A stretch of 63,321 bases of DNA, counting the filler, from Globobulimina sp. (taxonomy: Eukaryota), in the NCBI GenBank assembly GCA_003354225.1. It is 21 parts of 21 records of this genome, joined end to end, with 100 filler letters (N's around TTAATTAATTAA, not from the genome) between each part and the next. Parts side by side here need not be neighbours in the genome. Positions count along the whole stretch, not along the records: positions 21,153 to 24,072 come from PIVH01004361.1; positions 24,173 to 27,092 come from PIVH01004362.1; positions 27,193 to 30,112 come from PIVH01004363.1; positions 30,213 to 33,132 come from PIVH01004364.1; positions 33,233 to 36,152 come from PIVH01004365.1; positions 36,253 to 39,172 come from PIVH01004366.1; 15 more parts are not named here. One strand, written 5' to 3'. Of the stretch, positions 23,810 through 36,586 are shown piece after piece; positions within the stretch are counted from its first letter, which is position 1, and every line of letters begins with the position of its first letter. The position numbers and the translations under genes were made by a program. Under the pieces are notes generated by a model. That model made no database searches and was not told the origin of the DNA. It was given only the letters and a program-made list of their open reading frames with translations.

Positions 23810-24172
23810 ATCATTTCAATTCTCTTCCGATGTTATCTTTTTTTTTTCCGCATTGCTCATCTGTGATAATACCCTTTTATATATAAGTTATCATGGCATG
23901 CTGATGCTTGTTTTTTTAAGTATTTTATTTATTTTTGTATTTCCGAAGTAAAGTTTAAACCGAATCAACATGTTTGTTCACACCACACTTCGCAAACAAT
24001 TGCAATATATTTCATCTCATTTGTTTTAAACGATATCTTCCAAAAGATAACCTCGCACCGTTTGGATAACCCNNNNNNNNNNNNNNNNNNNNNNNNNNNN
24101 NNNNNNNNNNNNNNNNTTAATTAATTAANNNNNNNNNNNNNNNNNNNNNNNNNNNNNNNNNNNNNNNNNNNN

Positions 24173-25328
24173 GTATTTGCCATAAAGAATGAAACAAGTG
24201 ATGGCAAAGGATGTTTATAGTGGTATTCAATGTATTTGTGATGGTAAAGGATGTGAAATGAAAATGAGTGGTACAGATATTGTGTATCATTGTAACCATG
24301 GAAATGATAATAAAAATGGATTCGATTTATGTGCACAGTGTATACATCAACAAAAACGTGACAATGATAAATATAAAGAAATAAAAAAGGCAGCATCCAC
24401 TTTCCGGAAACCTATGGTTTGGAAAGAATGGGAAAAAACATTTATATCCGACTGTTATAAACAATATAAAAACGGAAATCTTTCAAAAACACAAAAATAT
24501 GTTGAGATTACGTGTAAATTAAATAAATATACAGAAACAATGCGACATAAAAATGATCCAAAACCTCCATGGAGAACAACAAAAGCTGTGCAGGGTCAAT
24601 TAGTTTAGTTTAACATTATATACATTGTATACGTACACATATGCAACGATGTCGATATATTAACACAGCATAAAACAGGATTAATTGCGACCGGATCAAA
24701 AAACAGTAAAAAACAGAAACCAACGCGAAAAAGAAAGAAATTGATGCAATATTCAACAAGCAATATTGTCGGGAAATTACCACCAAAAAAAAAATCTAAA
24801 ATTAATTCAAAATCAAGCAAGAGATCACTCTTTAAAAACAAACCAAAATTGGCGCAGAAAGCAAGCTCGGTTGTATGGTATAATTTGAATGTAGATTTTT
24901 CAGACAGTTATAATTCGTTTCCTGTATTTGATTTAGATTTTGTTCCAATGAATAAAAAACAAATAATAAATTGGAAAAAACCGATCATTCAAATATTAAA
25001 AGTGAACGAAAGATTGACAGACGGTGAATTTAAAAAAGTCTTAAATGAATGGATTGAAATTCCCAACGGGATACCATCAAATGTTGCGTTATTTAAATGT
25101 CAGCCTCAATCAACGGCAAAAAAAACAAATAAAAATAATTTTACGAAAGTAAATAATTTCTTATCTGAGAACAAATCGGTTGCATTTGTGCAATATAAGA
25201 GTGAATTTAAAATATATTTTGTTTCCGCAGCATCTCAATTTTCATCATTGTTAAATCAATTTCAATATCAAACAGGACTGGAAATATCAAATGATGAAAT
25301 GTGGGTAATTTGGTTGAAAACAGCTTGA
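24173..25328 (+). CDS. Partial protein: ZZ-like zinc finger, Myb/SANT-like segment and SPOC-like C-terminus (probable intron about 24594-24669)
   Basis: CICDGKGC...YHC...GFDLCAQC; WKEWEK...RTTKAVQ; LKVNERL...NFTKVNNFLSENKSVAFV...KIYFV resembles SPOC. Confidence 0.45.
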
Positions 25329-25404
25329 GGACTTGTACCATATTTTAATTTATTACCGTATTTTAATTTTACACACTTGCAGTATCAAAAACATTTTATT
25401 CAGC

Positions 25405-27092
25405 ATGAATTCTGCTTCGAACCGTCGAGATGGGGCTTGGTTAAAGCAATCGCAATCGATTAGACAAGCTCGTTTGCACAAATTAAATGAATTTCAAAGA
25501 TTTATTGAAACACCATCCTCAACCCCAACACAAATACAGTCACCTTTTCTAAAAAAATATGAATATGCACAGTCAAAATTACTACAACTACAAAAACAAC
25601 TAAACGATTCCCGTAATTCATCGGTGTCTCCTCATGTAAATGACAGACAAAGCATTTCAAAAAAAGAAAATACCCACTTTTTTCCGTTAAATGATCCATC
25701 ACATATTCAGAGTGAAGCATTTCCGATTTCAAACACAAACGTTGTTGATAAAATGAAGAAGTCTCAGTCTGCGTCAATTCTAACGGATAAAACATCGTTA
25801 GAACCATTAATAATACCACAGCACAGTCACAGTCATGAATCGTTGCTAGTAAATACCAAAAACGATCGGAATCGTGAATCAATGTCGCATTCATCCGATA
25901 CAAATCCATATTCAATGAATGATATCCATCCCTCATTAATAAACAAATGCAACTTTTCCCAACGAAATAAATCCAACCATTCATCGTCGATTTCAATCAG
26001 ATCACAATTGCTAAACCAGCACGAAACACAAAAACAGGAAAATATGCGTCGTTCATTGATGGATTTACAGAGTGCATCGGAGTTACATTCCAACTCAGGA
26101 ACGCTCTCAATTTCACATTGGAATAAATCTAAACGTAAATCACCGCGTAAATTAACAGCAATTTTATCTCCGCCAAATATAAATAAAGCAAATAGAAAAC
26201 TATCCGTTTCTTTTGTTGATGTAAAGAAAAAGAAAGTTAATAATACAATCGATAGAGTACGGCAATCAGTAATATTTGAACAACAATCACAAGACAATGA
26301 TGATGATGAAAACATTTCAATTGAGCACGATTCAAAATCTATATTTTCATCGCCTCGGTCTCTAAGGAGCCCATCCTTGAAATCAGCAAAACATTGCTAT
26401 GCAAACAGCGTTAATAACGATGGCGATGATAAAGGATCAGATATTACGGTGCATTCAATGTTAAGTCCCAGCTCTGTGCTGTCGCGAAAAAGCACTGTGT
26501 ATGACTTGGTGGATGAGTCAGAACGGATTATTGTTGACAAGCAAAGTAATATCAATAATTATAGACAATCTGTGCTGTTTCAACTGAAAGATGCGGAGAA
26601 TAAAAAACAAATTGTACTCAAAGAGCGAGAAAACAACAATATGGCCGTAGCATTTTGGACAAATAATTCAAAAAATAAAATAATTATTGCATGGAGGCAA
26701 TATACAGAAAATGAAATTAATTTTGGATATAAATATGAAGAAAATAAAGTAAAATTAAAATGCTTGAATGAATGGAAAAGAATGTATTTGATTGTTTGTC
26801 TGATTAAAAAAAAAAGATATTTGAAGCTATGGAAAGATACAAAGTGTGATACATTGCTACAAATTGAGTTTGGTGAATATATGTTTGTGTATAATGTAGG
26901 CGTTGTGTGATAAAAATGTGTCATAACAAAGACAATTATTGGATACACCAACTAAATCAAGATGGACTTTTTTAAAAATAATATCAATGATGAGATTGCT
27001 ACGAAATTCAGTCAACAAAAAGCGATATAAAATAGTTATAAATAAATTATTCTGTCGGTACGGAATTATTATTTTGTTTGTAGTATTTTGTT
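25405..27092 (+). CDS. Ser-rich protein with C-terminal Sfi1-like repeats, partial
   Basis: Periodic Trp motifs KIIIAWRQY, KCLNEWKRM and RYLKLWK after a long disordered region. Confidence 0.45.
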
Positions 27093-27243
27093 NNNNNNNN
27101 NNNNNNNNNNNNNNNNNNNNNNNNNNNNNNNNNNNNTTAATTAATTAANNNNNNNNNNNNNNNNNNNNNNNNNNNNNNNNNNNNNNNNNNNNTGTTATGT
27201 GTATGTGTGTTTTATTGCGAATTTGCGCGTGTTATCGTGTAAT

Positions 27244-28028
27244 TTACCTGGGCGATTTGGTGGAGATGGGTTGGTTGTACACGTTGGCGACTTTGGGCGA
27301 GGCTTGGAAGTAGTCATAGGGTTCGGTGCTGGCCGTGGCTGTGGCTGTGGCTGTGGCTGCTTTGGGTGGGGTTTGGTAGGATTTCGAAGGGGCAGTGTAA
27401 GGTTGGTGTGGACGGGACGGAGGATAGGGCGGATGGAGTGGTTGTGGTTGTGGTGGTTGGTAGGTGTATGCATTATGCGCATGTGGCGGTTGTGACGGTG
27501 TTTTTTGTGTGTTATAAGTCGCTCTGTGTCTGTTTGTATGGCAGTGTTGTATGCAATTAATGGGTAAAGTATGTATGTTTATACCTAGTTTTTTGATGAT
27601 ATCTGTGTGGTGAGGATTGAGTTCGTGACATTGTGGATTGTGGCGGCGGTACGTTAGTGTCCGAATGTTGCCGTCTGGGGACATACGGTCTGTGTTTACC
27701 TGATCTGGGTGGTGATCTTGGCGGTGATCGTGGAGGCGATTGATGATATCCGTGGTGATACTGATACTGATTTTGATGTTGCTGGGTTTGATGTTGATGT
27801 TGATGTTGTTGATGATGGTATGATGGAGCCTGACGATGCATTTGTGAGTGTGAGTAATATGATGGTTGATGACTTATTGGTTGTTTATAACTGCGGTCTT
27901 CAACACCCATCTGCTTGTTTGTGTGGGTGTGTTTTTATAGGAATGTTATATTTTTGTCGGCAGACAACATAGATCGACATACATAAGCATTGTACATCGC
28001 AGAGTCTTTGTTTTTATCAATTTGATGC
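27244..28028 (-). CDS. Pro/His/Gln-rich low-complexity protein, multi-exon, partial
   Basis: ORFs 27557-27910 and 27244-27684 are joinable by a GT-AG intron; contains SPPR repeats. Confidence 0.45.
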
Positions 28029-28181
28029 ATCTTAAAAATAATTATGTCCAATCTGTTGGTTTTGGTTTATGGTTGGTTTGATTGCAAGTACCTCAAACCA
28101 CTGAAACTGAAACTGAAAAAGATCACACATAAAAAATGGTTTATATAACATAACAAACGCAAACGCAAAACAAATATTATA

Positions 28182-29858
28182 TCACGCTTTTGCAACTAAT
28201 TGTGCGTATAACAAAGTATTATACGTCTTTAAAATATGCTGATCAGACGGTGACACATTTGCAATCATAAGCGCTGTCGAATTAATTCCTTTCAAATGTG
28301 GTCTCAGCACCATAGTTAATTTTGAATCCCTATATGGAACATGTGTTTTATGCGAATGTAGCGCCCGCACACATTCCTTCAGTGCCAACAAGGACTTATT
28401 AATTTCCTTCCTTTCCGATAACTGCATGGAGCTATCTTTCTTGTTCATTTTCGCATCACTTCCAAACTCATTCCCCGCCAAATCCACAAATACAACATTC
28501 CCGGTTATACATTCATTCTCTTTCAAATCATCATTTTCTATTTGCTCCACTTTGCCCATACACTCATTCACCATTCCATCCAATCTTTGAAATTCCTGTT
28601 CCAACCATTCATATCTCTCACTGTCTTCCTTTGGTGGCTCATAACTCAAATCCATCGTATATTGCCCGGTGCTTTCATCACGGATAAATTGTTTGGACTG
28701 AATCTTTACTTTCAAATCATCCCTCTCTTTCCCAATCGGCACAACATTCGCTTCTGCCCTCAATAACTCCTTCCTTGCCTCAATCAATTCAGTTGTAACC
28801 AATTCAATTTCTAAGAAAACATGAGATCGCGAAGATTGATCATGTAAAGAACTGCTACCAACGTTTCTAAAGTTTAAGGCTTCCTTCACTTTTAATATCA
28901 ACTTATCAGCTTCGTTTTCGTTGACATATATTGCAGTTAATGGCTGTACGGATACTTTGCCAGTCACCGCATCTTTGATGGTTGGGCCGCGAATATGAAT
29001 ATTTCCAATCTCATCCTCACGAACATGACACTCAACTAAATCGCCAAATAAATCCCTCATTTTACCTTGATATAACTCTGCAAATTTGCAGGAGATTAAA
29101 ATGTTATGCTGCTTTTTTTTTAATTGATAACAAATATATTCAATGGTTAAGCTGTACATTCCCGGCGAGGTTTCATCATCATAGCCCAGGATTGTATGCG
29201 TTTTGCCACTTCCTTTGGGACAGAAACAGTCAGTTTGATATAGACAAGAAATGTAAAAATGGACTGAATGGATACCTGTGTGTCCATAGGCAAACATACA
29301 AACTGTGTTTCCAGAAAAAATATTATTAATGGATGGCAAAATTGTTTTTTCAAACAGTATTTCATTATTATCCGTTTTAGTTAATACATTGGTAAATCCT
29401 TTAAATTTTTTGATTGGAATTTTATTTTTATTTTTCCTGGGTTTAATGGCAGATTTTCGCACTTTTTTGGTGATATCATTTATATTTAATGTCACTGAAT
29501 TTGTTTTTTTTATTGTTTTTGTATTATACTCAATTTCTTTATGTTTTGACTCAATTTCTTCCCGAATTAATGGTCGAATGCGAACAAAGACTTTGACAGG
29601 AAATTTATTGACAGATTTATCAATTATAATATTATTTTGTTCAATGCCATAATTTGGATCAAATGTTTCGTTTTGTGCTTGTTGCACTAAATATTTTGAT
29701 ATTTGTTCCACATTGGTTGGATCTTTGACATTTTCCATTGCCGCTCTGATTTCTTTTTCTTCCAACCCCATTCCAATCAATTTTTTGATTACTTTTGCTT
29801 TTGTTTCTTCATATTCTTGTTTCACCATTTTATTCTTCATAGTTGCCTGATAAATCAA
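28182..29858 (-). CDS. Kinesin motor protein (DLAGNE switch II, kinesin-13-like); 63-nt intron 29213-29275
   Basis: VFVRIRP, AYGHTG|SGKT, SSRSH, DLAGNE, INKSLLALKEC, HVPYRDSKLTMVL. Confidence 0.93.
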   Translation of the reverse strand: MIYQATMKNKMVKQEYEETKAKVIKKLIGMGLEEKEIRAAMENVKDPTNVEQISKYLVQQAQNETFDPNYGIEQNNIIIDKSVNKFPVKVFVRIRPLIREEIESKHKEIEYNTKTIKKTNSVTLNINDITKKVRKSAIKPRKNKNKIPIKKFKGFTNVLTKTDNNEILFEKTILPSINNIFSGNTVCMFAYGHTGIHSVHFYISCLYQTDCFCPKGSGKTHTILGYDDETSPGMYSLTIEYICYQLKKKQHNILISCKFAELYQGKMRDLFGDLVECHVREDEIGNIHIRGPTIKDAVTGKVSVQPLTAIYVNENEADKLILKVKEALNFRNVGSSSLHDQSSRSHVFLEIELVTTELIEARKELLRAEANVVPIGKERDDLKVKIQSKQFIRDESTGQYTMDLSYEPPKEDSERYEWLEQEFQRLDGMVNECMGKVEQIENDDLKENECITGNVVFVDLAGNEFGSDAKMNKKDSSMQLSERKEINKSLLALKECVRALHSHKTHVPYRDSKLTMVLRPHLKGINSTALMIANVSPSDQHILKTYNTLLYAQLVAKA

Positions 29859-29997
29859 AAAGCAGCCACCAACAAATACAATTCCAGCCGCACATAATAA
29901 TGCGAATCTGTTGCGCCTTACGAAAGCATTAGAGTTTTCCTATTTGACCTTGATTTTGCTCATGATCAACTTTTTTTAATAACTTGTGAATTGTTAG

Positions 29998-30112
29998 AGA
30001 AAAAGCTTAAGTAAATGTTTGTCTCATCTTCTCGTCTCTATTAGAAACTGTAAATAAAGATCGTACTGTACTATAAATAAGGATTAGACGAACATTTACT
30101 TAAGCTTTTTCT
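29998..30112. mobile_element. Putative MITE with about 30-bp terminal inverted repeats, cut by the contig end
   Basis: AGAAAAAGCTTAAGTAAATGTTTGTCTCATC ... GATTAGACGAACATTTACTTAAGCTTTTTCT (2 mismatches). Confidence 0.65.
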
Positions 30113-30403
30113 NNNNNNNNNNNNNNNNNNNNNNNNNNNNNNNNNNNNNNNNNNNNTTAATTAATTAANNNNNNNNNNNNNNNNNNNNNNNNNNNNNNNN
30201 NNNNNNNNNNNNAAATTAGCTTAAAGAATATGTTTAGGTCTCCTTTGTGATATTATGCAATCTGTCTAGACATTTGCGGATTTGCCTATACTGAAGGTGA
30301 GAACCATGATTTTGTTGAAGTGACTACGTATACACTGTTTGTATGTATAGTACGGTATACACAAAATTACACAGATTGGGATTTTATTTATGTAAATTTT
30401 AAG

Positions 30404-31759
30404 TTACAAATGTATGTTTAATTGAAGACCAAATTTGTGTGGAAATTGTCCTTGTTGCACTTGTTGCGGAGATAAAAAATGATTAATTTCAGCATAAAAT
30501 TTACAAATCATATTTCCTAAGATAGGAAATGTAATCATTTGCCTGAAATTGCCATCGCCAGCAATTTCACCACAAATAGTTTTACTTAAACCCATATGAC
30601 GGCCAAATTGATATTTGTATCCAATTGAAGCCATTAATTGATTGAATGTCGATGTTTTCCACATTAAACGCGAAGTTAACGCAGCATTTTCAGTTATATT
30701 CCTACTGTACATCAACTGCAATGTGGACGTATCCAAATTATACAACGCCTCCACTGTATTCAAGCCCGCCTTTGTATTCTTACTCTTATTCTTAGTCTTA
30801 GTCTTATTCTTATTCTTTTTCTTATCTTCTGCCTTTTTCCCTGTCTCCATTGGCAATCCCTGTCTCCATTGATATTTACCACCAAATTCTAATAATGTTT
30901 TTCGTTTCTCATAACTGGAAACAATTCGTGTCCCAATTTGTAAATCTTTGGATAAGGAAAACAATCTGCGATTAAAGGACAACGATAATTGATTATTCAT
31001 CATATCAATGTGGAGCCGCGACGACATATTATTGCCTTTATAGTCGACGTAGCCAATGGCCGCTGGGAATTTGCTCTCATTGTTACCCGGCGGCAAACCT
31101 TGTTGTTGCGCCATCATCGCCGCCATTTGTCTTTGTTGCGCAGATTCAAAGCCAGCAATAAAAGTTAAATGAGATTTTAGATTTTTATTCCATGTGTGCT
31201 CATAGACGCCTTCCACTGTGTTGTTGTGATAGGTACCGACTAAGACATATTTGTCTCTATGTACCGCTTCCGCAGATATTCGATACCCATAACCGCCGGT
31301 AATGGCAGCCATTGGGCCCTGCAACATAGTCATTAATGGCCCTGGATAAGTGAAGGAATGTCGCATTAAGAAATACGACGAGGCTTCTTCGCCCATTGAA
31401 GGCCGACTATCATCGCATACGGTTTGACCAATATGCAAATCAAATCCTTCATTGCGATGTTGTATATCTAATAATATGTCATTCGATGTATTTGTGCTCA
31501 TTTCAAAAACACCCAATAAATCTCCTGTTTTCTTTTGTTTTTTCACTTTATTCCGACTCACCGCACCGCCTTTTTTAGCTTTTGGTTTCTGTTTCGCTTT
31601 TTTGCTCAATTTCTTTCTATTTGTTGCTGATGGCACGGATGTTGGTGATGTTGGTGATGTTGTTGGCAATAATTTTGAATCTAGTTATAAAATTTGCGTA
31701 ATCTGAAATTTATAGAAAATTCTAAATTATAAACCTGACGGTGTGTTTGATTCAGCCAT
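30404..31759 (-). CDS. TOM40: Mitochondrial import channel Tom40 (short first exon, ATG at 31759)
   Basis: EGFDLHIGQ, FLMRHSF, alternating beta-strand pattern, ASIGYKY and terminal HKFGLQLNI. Splicing from MAESNTPS joins in frame. Confidence 0.75.
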
Positions 31760-31929
31760 ATTAAACAGATTGCTTTTTGAATTTAATACATCCATCCAAT
31801 TTAACATTAAAAGAGTAAAGTTGTTATTTAAAAAAGCTGACATGTTAGTCCAGTGAGAGTCTGAGAGAGAAATATAAAGTTTAAGTTTTAAATACTTTTA
31901 ATTAAAAAAACAAGCATATATTAAATAAC

Positions 31930-32286
31930 ATGTCACGATATAATCCTAAACGAATGCTAATTGGTATTATCGGTGACGAAGACACAGTCACTGGATTTTT
32001 ATTGGCAGGAATTGGTGATAGGAATCGTTCAGGAAAGCGTAATTTTTTAGTTGTAAATAGTGATACCACATTATCACAGATTGAGAAAGGATTTCGGGAA
32101 ATAACTTCGCGAAAAGACATTGGAATATTATTGATCAATCAACATATAGCCGAAGAAGTTCGTCATTTGTTGACGCAATATCAACAAAAATTACCTACCA
32201 TTTTAGAAATACCATCCAAAAATCAATTGTATGATCCGGATAAAGATGATGTCATGATTAGAGTTAAAAGATTATTGGGAAAATAG
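31930..32286 (+). CDS. ATP6V1F: V-type proton ATPase subunit F
   Basis: LIGIIGDEDTVTGFLLAGIG, DIGILLINQHIAE, LEIPSK, YDPDKD. Confidence 0.97.
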   Translation: MSRYNPKRMLIGIIGDEDTVTGFLLAGIGDRNRSGKRNFLVVNSDTTLSQIEKGFREITSRKDIGILLINQHIAEEVRHLLTQYQQKLPTILEIPSKNQLYDPDKDDVMIRVKRLLGK

Positions 32287-32566
32287 TTTAACACAAATGA
32301 AATGACAAAATAATTAATTAAATAAATAATTAATACATGCATTGTGTGCAAGGATTGAGAATTTGAGATGCAACGCCAAGGTTTTTTGTGAAATGAACAG
32401 TCTTAGGATACAATTTACAGCTATTTTATAGCAAAAAAAAAATACACTGACAATTACGTGTTAAAGGATAATACACTGACAATTACGTTGAAAGCCAAAC
32501 AACACAAAACAAACAAAACAGAAAACAAAGCAATACACAATATATTGAAATATATAATCGAATATA

Positions 32567-33132
32567 CTAAAACTGATAAGGGACATTAAAATATTTTTTA
32601 TAAATCTGTTGCGCCAAATGTGCGACATCTCGATCCTGATTGATATCATAAAACCACTTTTCTAAAATCCTGTGCGCTTCGGTTTGTTCCATTATATATG
32701 CCACATAATTCTGATTACCATTTATTTCATCAATATCATAGTCGTCCGATATCATATATTCATCATCCTCATCATTGGATGAAATATCATAAATGTCATG
32801 GCCGATATCATCCGTTATTTGCAATTGTATATTTTTATATTCTTTTTCTTTGATATATTGCTCGGTTTCTTGGTTGATTGAGGTTGTATCAGTATCACTG
32901 TGCTTTGTTTTTATCTCTTTGTGCATATTATCCTCACGATCATAATATTGAATGGTGGACAATAACATGTTGGCGAGAGGGGATTGGCTGAGTGGTATTG
33001 GATTGTCCGTAGTAAACGACAATAAATTATCCAAACCTTCCAACAACACCAACTGTAATTTGGTATCATTGGGGAAATGTGACATGACTCGCGATAATCC
33101 GATAGAAGCATATTGAGAGAGATACCGCAACT
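32567..33132 (-). CDS. Importin-alpha-like ARM protein, C-terminal fragment
   Basis: LVLLEGLDNLL ... NYVAYIMEQ ... AQQIYKKYF resemble the last importin-alpha ARM repeats. Confidence 0.55.
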
Positions 33133-33279
33133 NNNNNNNNNNNNNNNNNNNNNNNNNNNNNNNNNNNNNNNNNNNNTTAATTAATTAANNNNNNNNNNNN
33201 NNNNNNNNNNNNNNNNNNNNNNNNNNNNNNNNTGTTTTGATTAGTCAGCAAAAAAAATTCACGACAAAAAAAAATATTA

Positions 33280-33905
33280 TAACTTGGTTCATCTCACACC
33301 ATCAGTGCAAGGATAAAATTAATAAATAACTGCGCAAATTCGCATAAAAAAAACAAAAAAAAATATTTACAAACACCCAAAATTTCCGGTAAATTCTGAT
33401 TGTTTTTTATGATATCCAGAAAATCTAAAATATTTTGACGCAAATTCGCATAAAAAACCTGGTTCATCTCAAATCACCATTTTCCCAAAATTATTTTCGG
33501 TGCAAGGATAAAAATTAGAAAATAACTACGCAAATTCGCATAAAAAACCAATCCATCAGCTAGTAACTCAAAATTTACTTAATTTACCAACATTTAATAG
33601 ATCACCATCCTTTCGTGAACCCAAGTCTATCAACAAACTTGTTGCAGCCCACAACTCACTCTATTTGAACTTATACGGATCGTAAGATTGATCGCCAACA
33701 CTCTACACGCTACATTGTAGACAAAGGTATTTAACAAAGTTTCACAAATTTACGTTGGTTTTTTCGATCCAAACATCACAACACTTTACGCAAATTCGCA
33801 AAATTTTATGTTATATTTTTGAAATTTTGAATTTTTTATCCTTGCACTCAAAAAAAAAATGCATTTTTTCGAAAATTTGAAGTTATGACGCAAATTCGCA
33901 AATTT
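33280..33905. repeat. Cluster of CGCAAATTCGCA repeats with GTGCAAGGATAA / TTATCCTTGCAC direct and inverted copies
   Basis: CGCAAATTCGCA at about 33333, 33439, 33529, 33789 and 33889. GTGCAAGGATAAAA at about 33305 and 33500, inverted at about 33834. Confidence 0.8.
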
Positions 33906-33918
33906 TTATATTTGTTTT

Positions 33919-34725
33919 TTGAAAAAATACATAGCGATGTTACCACAACATAGGCGAGGCATGCGAAGAACTAAACCAATTTGTTGGCTAAATAGCAGTG
34001 CACAACTTTTCAGCGTAATTCATTGGCCAAGTGCCTTTCAGGAATATGAAAGAAAAGAAAGTGATGCATTAGCTACAACATTTACTTTAATTAGAAAATT
34101 ACAGGCACAAACGTCTCAGCCAATTCCTGCCACACAATGTAATAATGCAGCGAAGAGTTTCATCCAATATGTTAATTATCAAAAATCAAAAGTTGCCACG
34201 ACTGCGGTAACTATCCCTGATCCATTATGGGATATTAATCTTGAACAAGATGCTAATGCTTGTATTGGTTATTTTTTTAACATGATCGTTGATTTAAACA
34301 ATGTTAATGTCATACCAGATGCATTGACCATTACCACAAAGAATTATTCCACCGTTGATGACATGCAACGATTTGTTAGGAATAATTTTGCGTTTGCCAC
34401 CAGCGACTGGATAAATTGTAAAAACAAAAAAGACGGTCATATTGGCTTTACCGAACCACGTTTTATGTTTGAATTAGCTTTACCTGCTAACGGGCAAAGT
34501 ACATCATTACAAAAATTAATTGATGACTATTTAAAACCAGAGCCAGTTACATTATTATGTTGCGAGCATTGTAACAAAAAGCATGACGACACCAAGAAAA
34601 CACAATTTACGCAATTATCAGAGAGATATTTAATGATTAATTTAAAACGCTTTGCAGGTCGAGAAAATGTCAGGAAACAAAATAACTTTGTCGAGTGTAC
34701 CAAAACCTGTTGTTTTAAATTGTAA
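33919..34725 (+). pseudogene. USP (peptidase C19) catalytic domain, truncated before the His box
   Basis: Cys box GMRRTKPICWLNSSAQ, QDA, SLQKLIDDYL..E, CEHC, YLMINLKRF; no His box downstream. Confidence 0.65.
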
Positions 34726-35478
34726 TAATCGATATACTGCGTATAATGTTTGAATAACCATTGCAATTTCTTATTATAAATAATATTAATTGCATTTTAG
34801 ATTAGATAGGAATACTATAATCAGCTCTGTTAGAAAGTATACAAAAATCTGAAAGTTATACTTTTTTATAATGGTTGCGTAAAAAAACAAGTTTGATGAG
34901 TAATAAACAATTATTTATATAAATATAACTGCCGTAAAATTTAAAATTAAACTGATTGACACAAACATAATAATTTATGTGCAAAACAAAAAGAAAAATC
35001 ACAAAGAACAATGTATTAATTATTTATTAACACATGTACAACACAATGTAAATAACACACAATTATATTGAAAATAATTTGAAAACATGGCGCCAAATAC
35101 CATAAACTTTATGTAATAAATACAATCATAAAAATCTTATCCGTAAATAAAAGCATTCACAAGTATATAATAAGTACATGGCATTCACATAATAAGTATA
35201 ATAAGTACATGTATACAATTTAATACATTAATCATCCAAATAATCTTTGCCTAATACATGTCGCCCAATTCCTGGGTATTTTAATAATACTGTTCCCATA
35301 AATGTCATCGTCGTCGATTACTAAAGAATAGAATTGTTGAATCAAAGAATAGAAATGACTTTTCGTTGAGTGCCATGACAAAACCTAAATGTAATGTTTG
35401 TAAATGACAAAAGTTTTTTTTTCTTCAATTATCAAAGCGTTCATTGAAGAAATGAACTAAAAGCAAAAACCCTATAGA

Positions 35479-35991
35479 CGAGGCATGCGACGAACTAAAC
35501 CAATTTGTTGGCTGAATAGTAGTGCACAACTTTTCAGCGTAGTTTCTTGGCCAAGTGCTCTCCAGGAATATGAAAGAAAAGAAAGTGATGTATTCGCAAC
35601 AACATTCACTTTGATCCAGAAATTACAGGCTCAAACGTCTCACCCAATTCCAGCCACGCAATGTAATAATGCAGCCACGCGTTTCATCCAATACGTTAAT
35701 TACCAAAAATCAAAAGTAGCCACCATTGATGTAACCAGGGATATTAATCTTGAACAAGATGCTAACGCGTGTATTGGTTATTTTTTTAACATGATCGTTG
35801 ATTTAAACAATGATAATATCCTACCAGATGCGTTAACTATTACTACCAAGAATTATTCCACCATTGACGACATGCAACGCTTTGTTAGAAATAATTTTGC
35901 GTTTGCCACAAGCGACTGGATAAATTGTAAAAATAAAAAAGACGGTCATATCGGCTTTACAGAACCACGTTTTATGTTTGATTTACAGTAG
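35479..35991 (+). pseudogene. Second, shorter tandem USP copy
   Basis: Near-identical protein to 33955-34470, with many synonymous changes and a 15-nt deletion; stops after PRFMF. Confidence 0.65.
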
Positions 35992-36586
35992 TGTTCCCGA
36001 TAAGAGATACGCATATTAGTACTAATATATATATATATATATGATACTGCTAATATATTGAATAAATGGTGAACCTGTCAAGAGATAATACATTTTTTTT
36101 TTTTTAAATATACTATCACTAATATATCATCAAAATATATGAGCAATATATGNNNNNNNNNNNNNNNNNNNNNNNNNNNNNNNNNNNNNNNNNNNNTTAA
36201 TTAATTAANNNNNNNNNNNNNNNNNNNNNNNNNNNNNNNNNNNNNNNNNNNNATTTCACTGATATCATCTCCATTTTGAACGTGTTCAATTTGTTGAATC
36301 AATTCTGTTTCTTCTGTTGAATGGTGGGTTGAATGTATTGCTATCAACATAGAGCAACACAGTACAATTAAATGAGAAAGCATGATCTTGTTTGCTCAGA
36401 AGATTGGTATCAATGTCCGTGATGATATGTTACTGAGAATAAAATTAAAGAGCGGGATTGCACGGAACAAATAAAGAGCGGAATTGCGAGAAAATAAAAT
36501 TCAATATAACAGCTGCATTATGGCCAAACGATAATGAAAAATTATTTATATAAGCTAGCTTCTAAGAGCCTATGTACGTACAAAAA

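Noticed and set aside
33333-33900. CRISPR array or U6 snRNA (ACGCAAATTCG matches the U6 3' region)
   Set aside because: The repeats are only 12 bp with irregular spacing and no cas genes; there is no ACAGAGA box or other U6 sequence.
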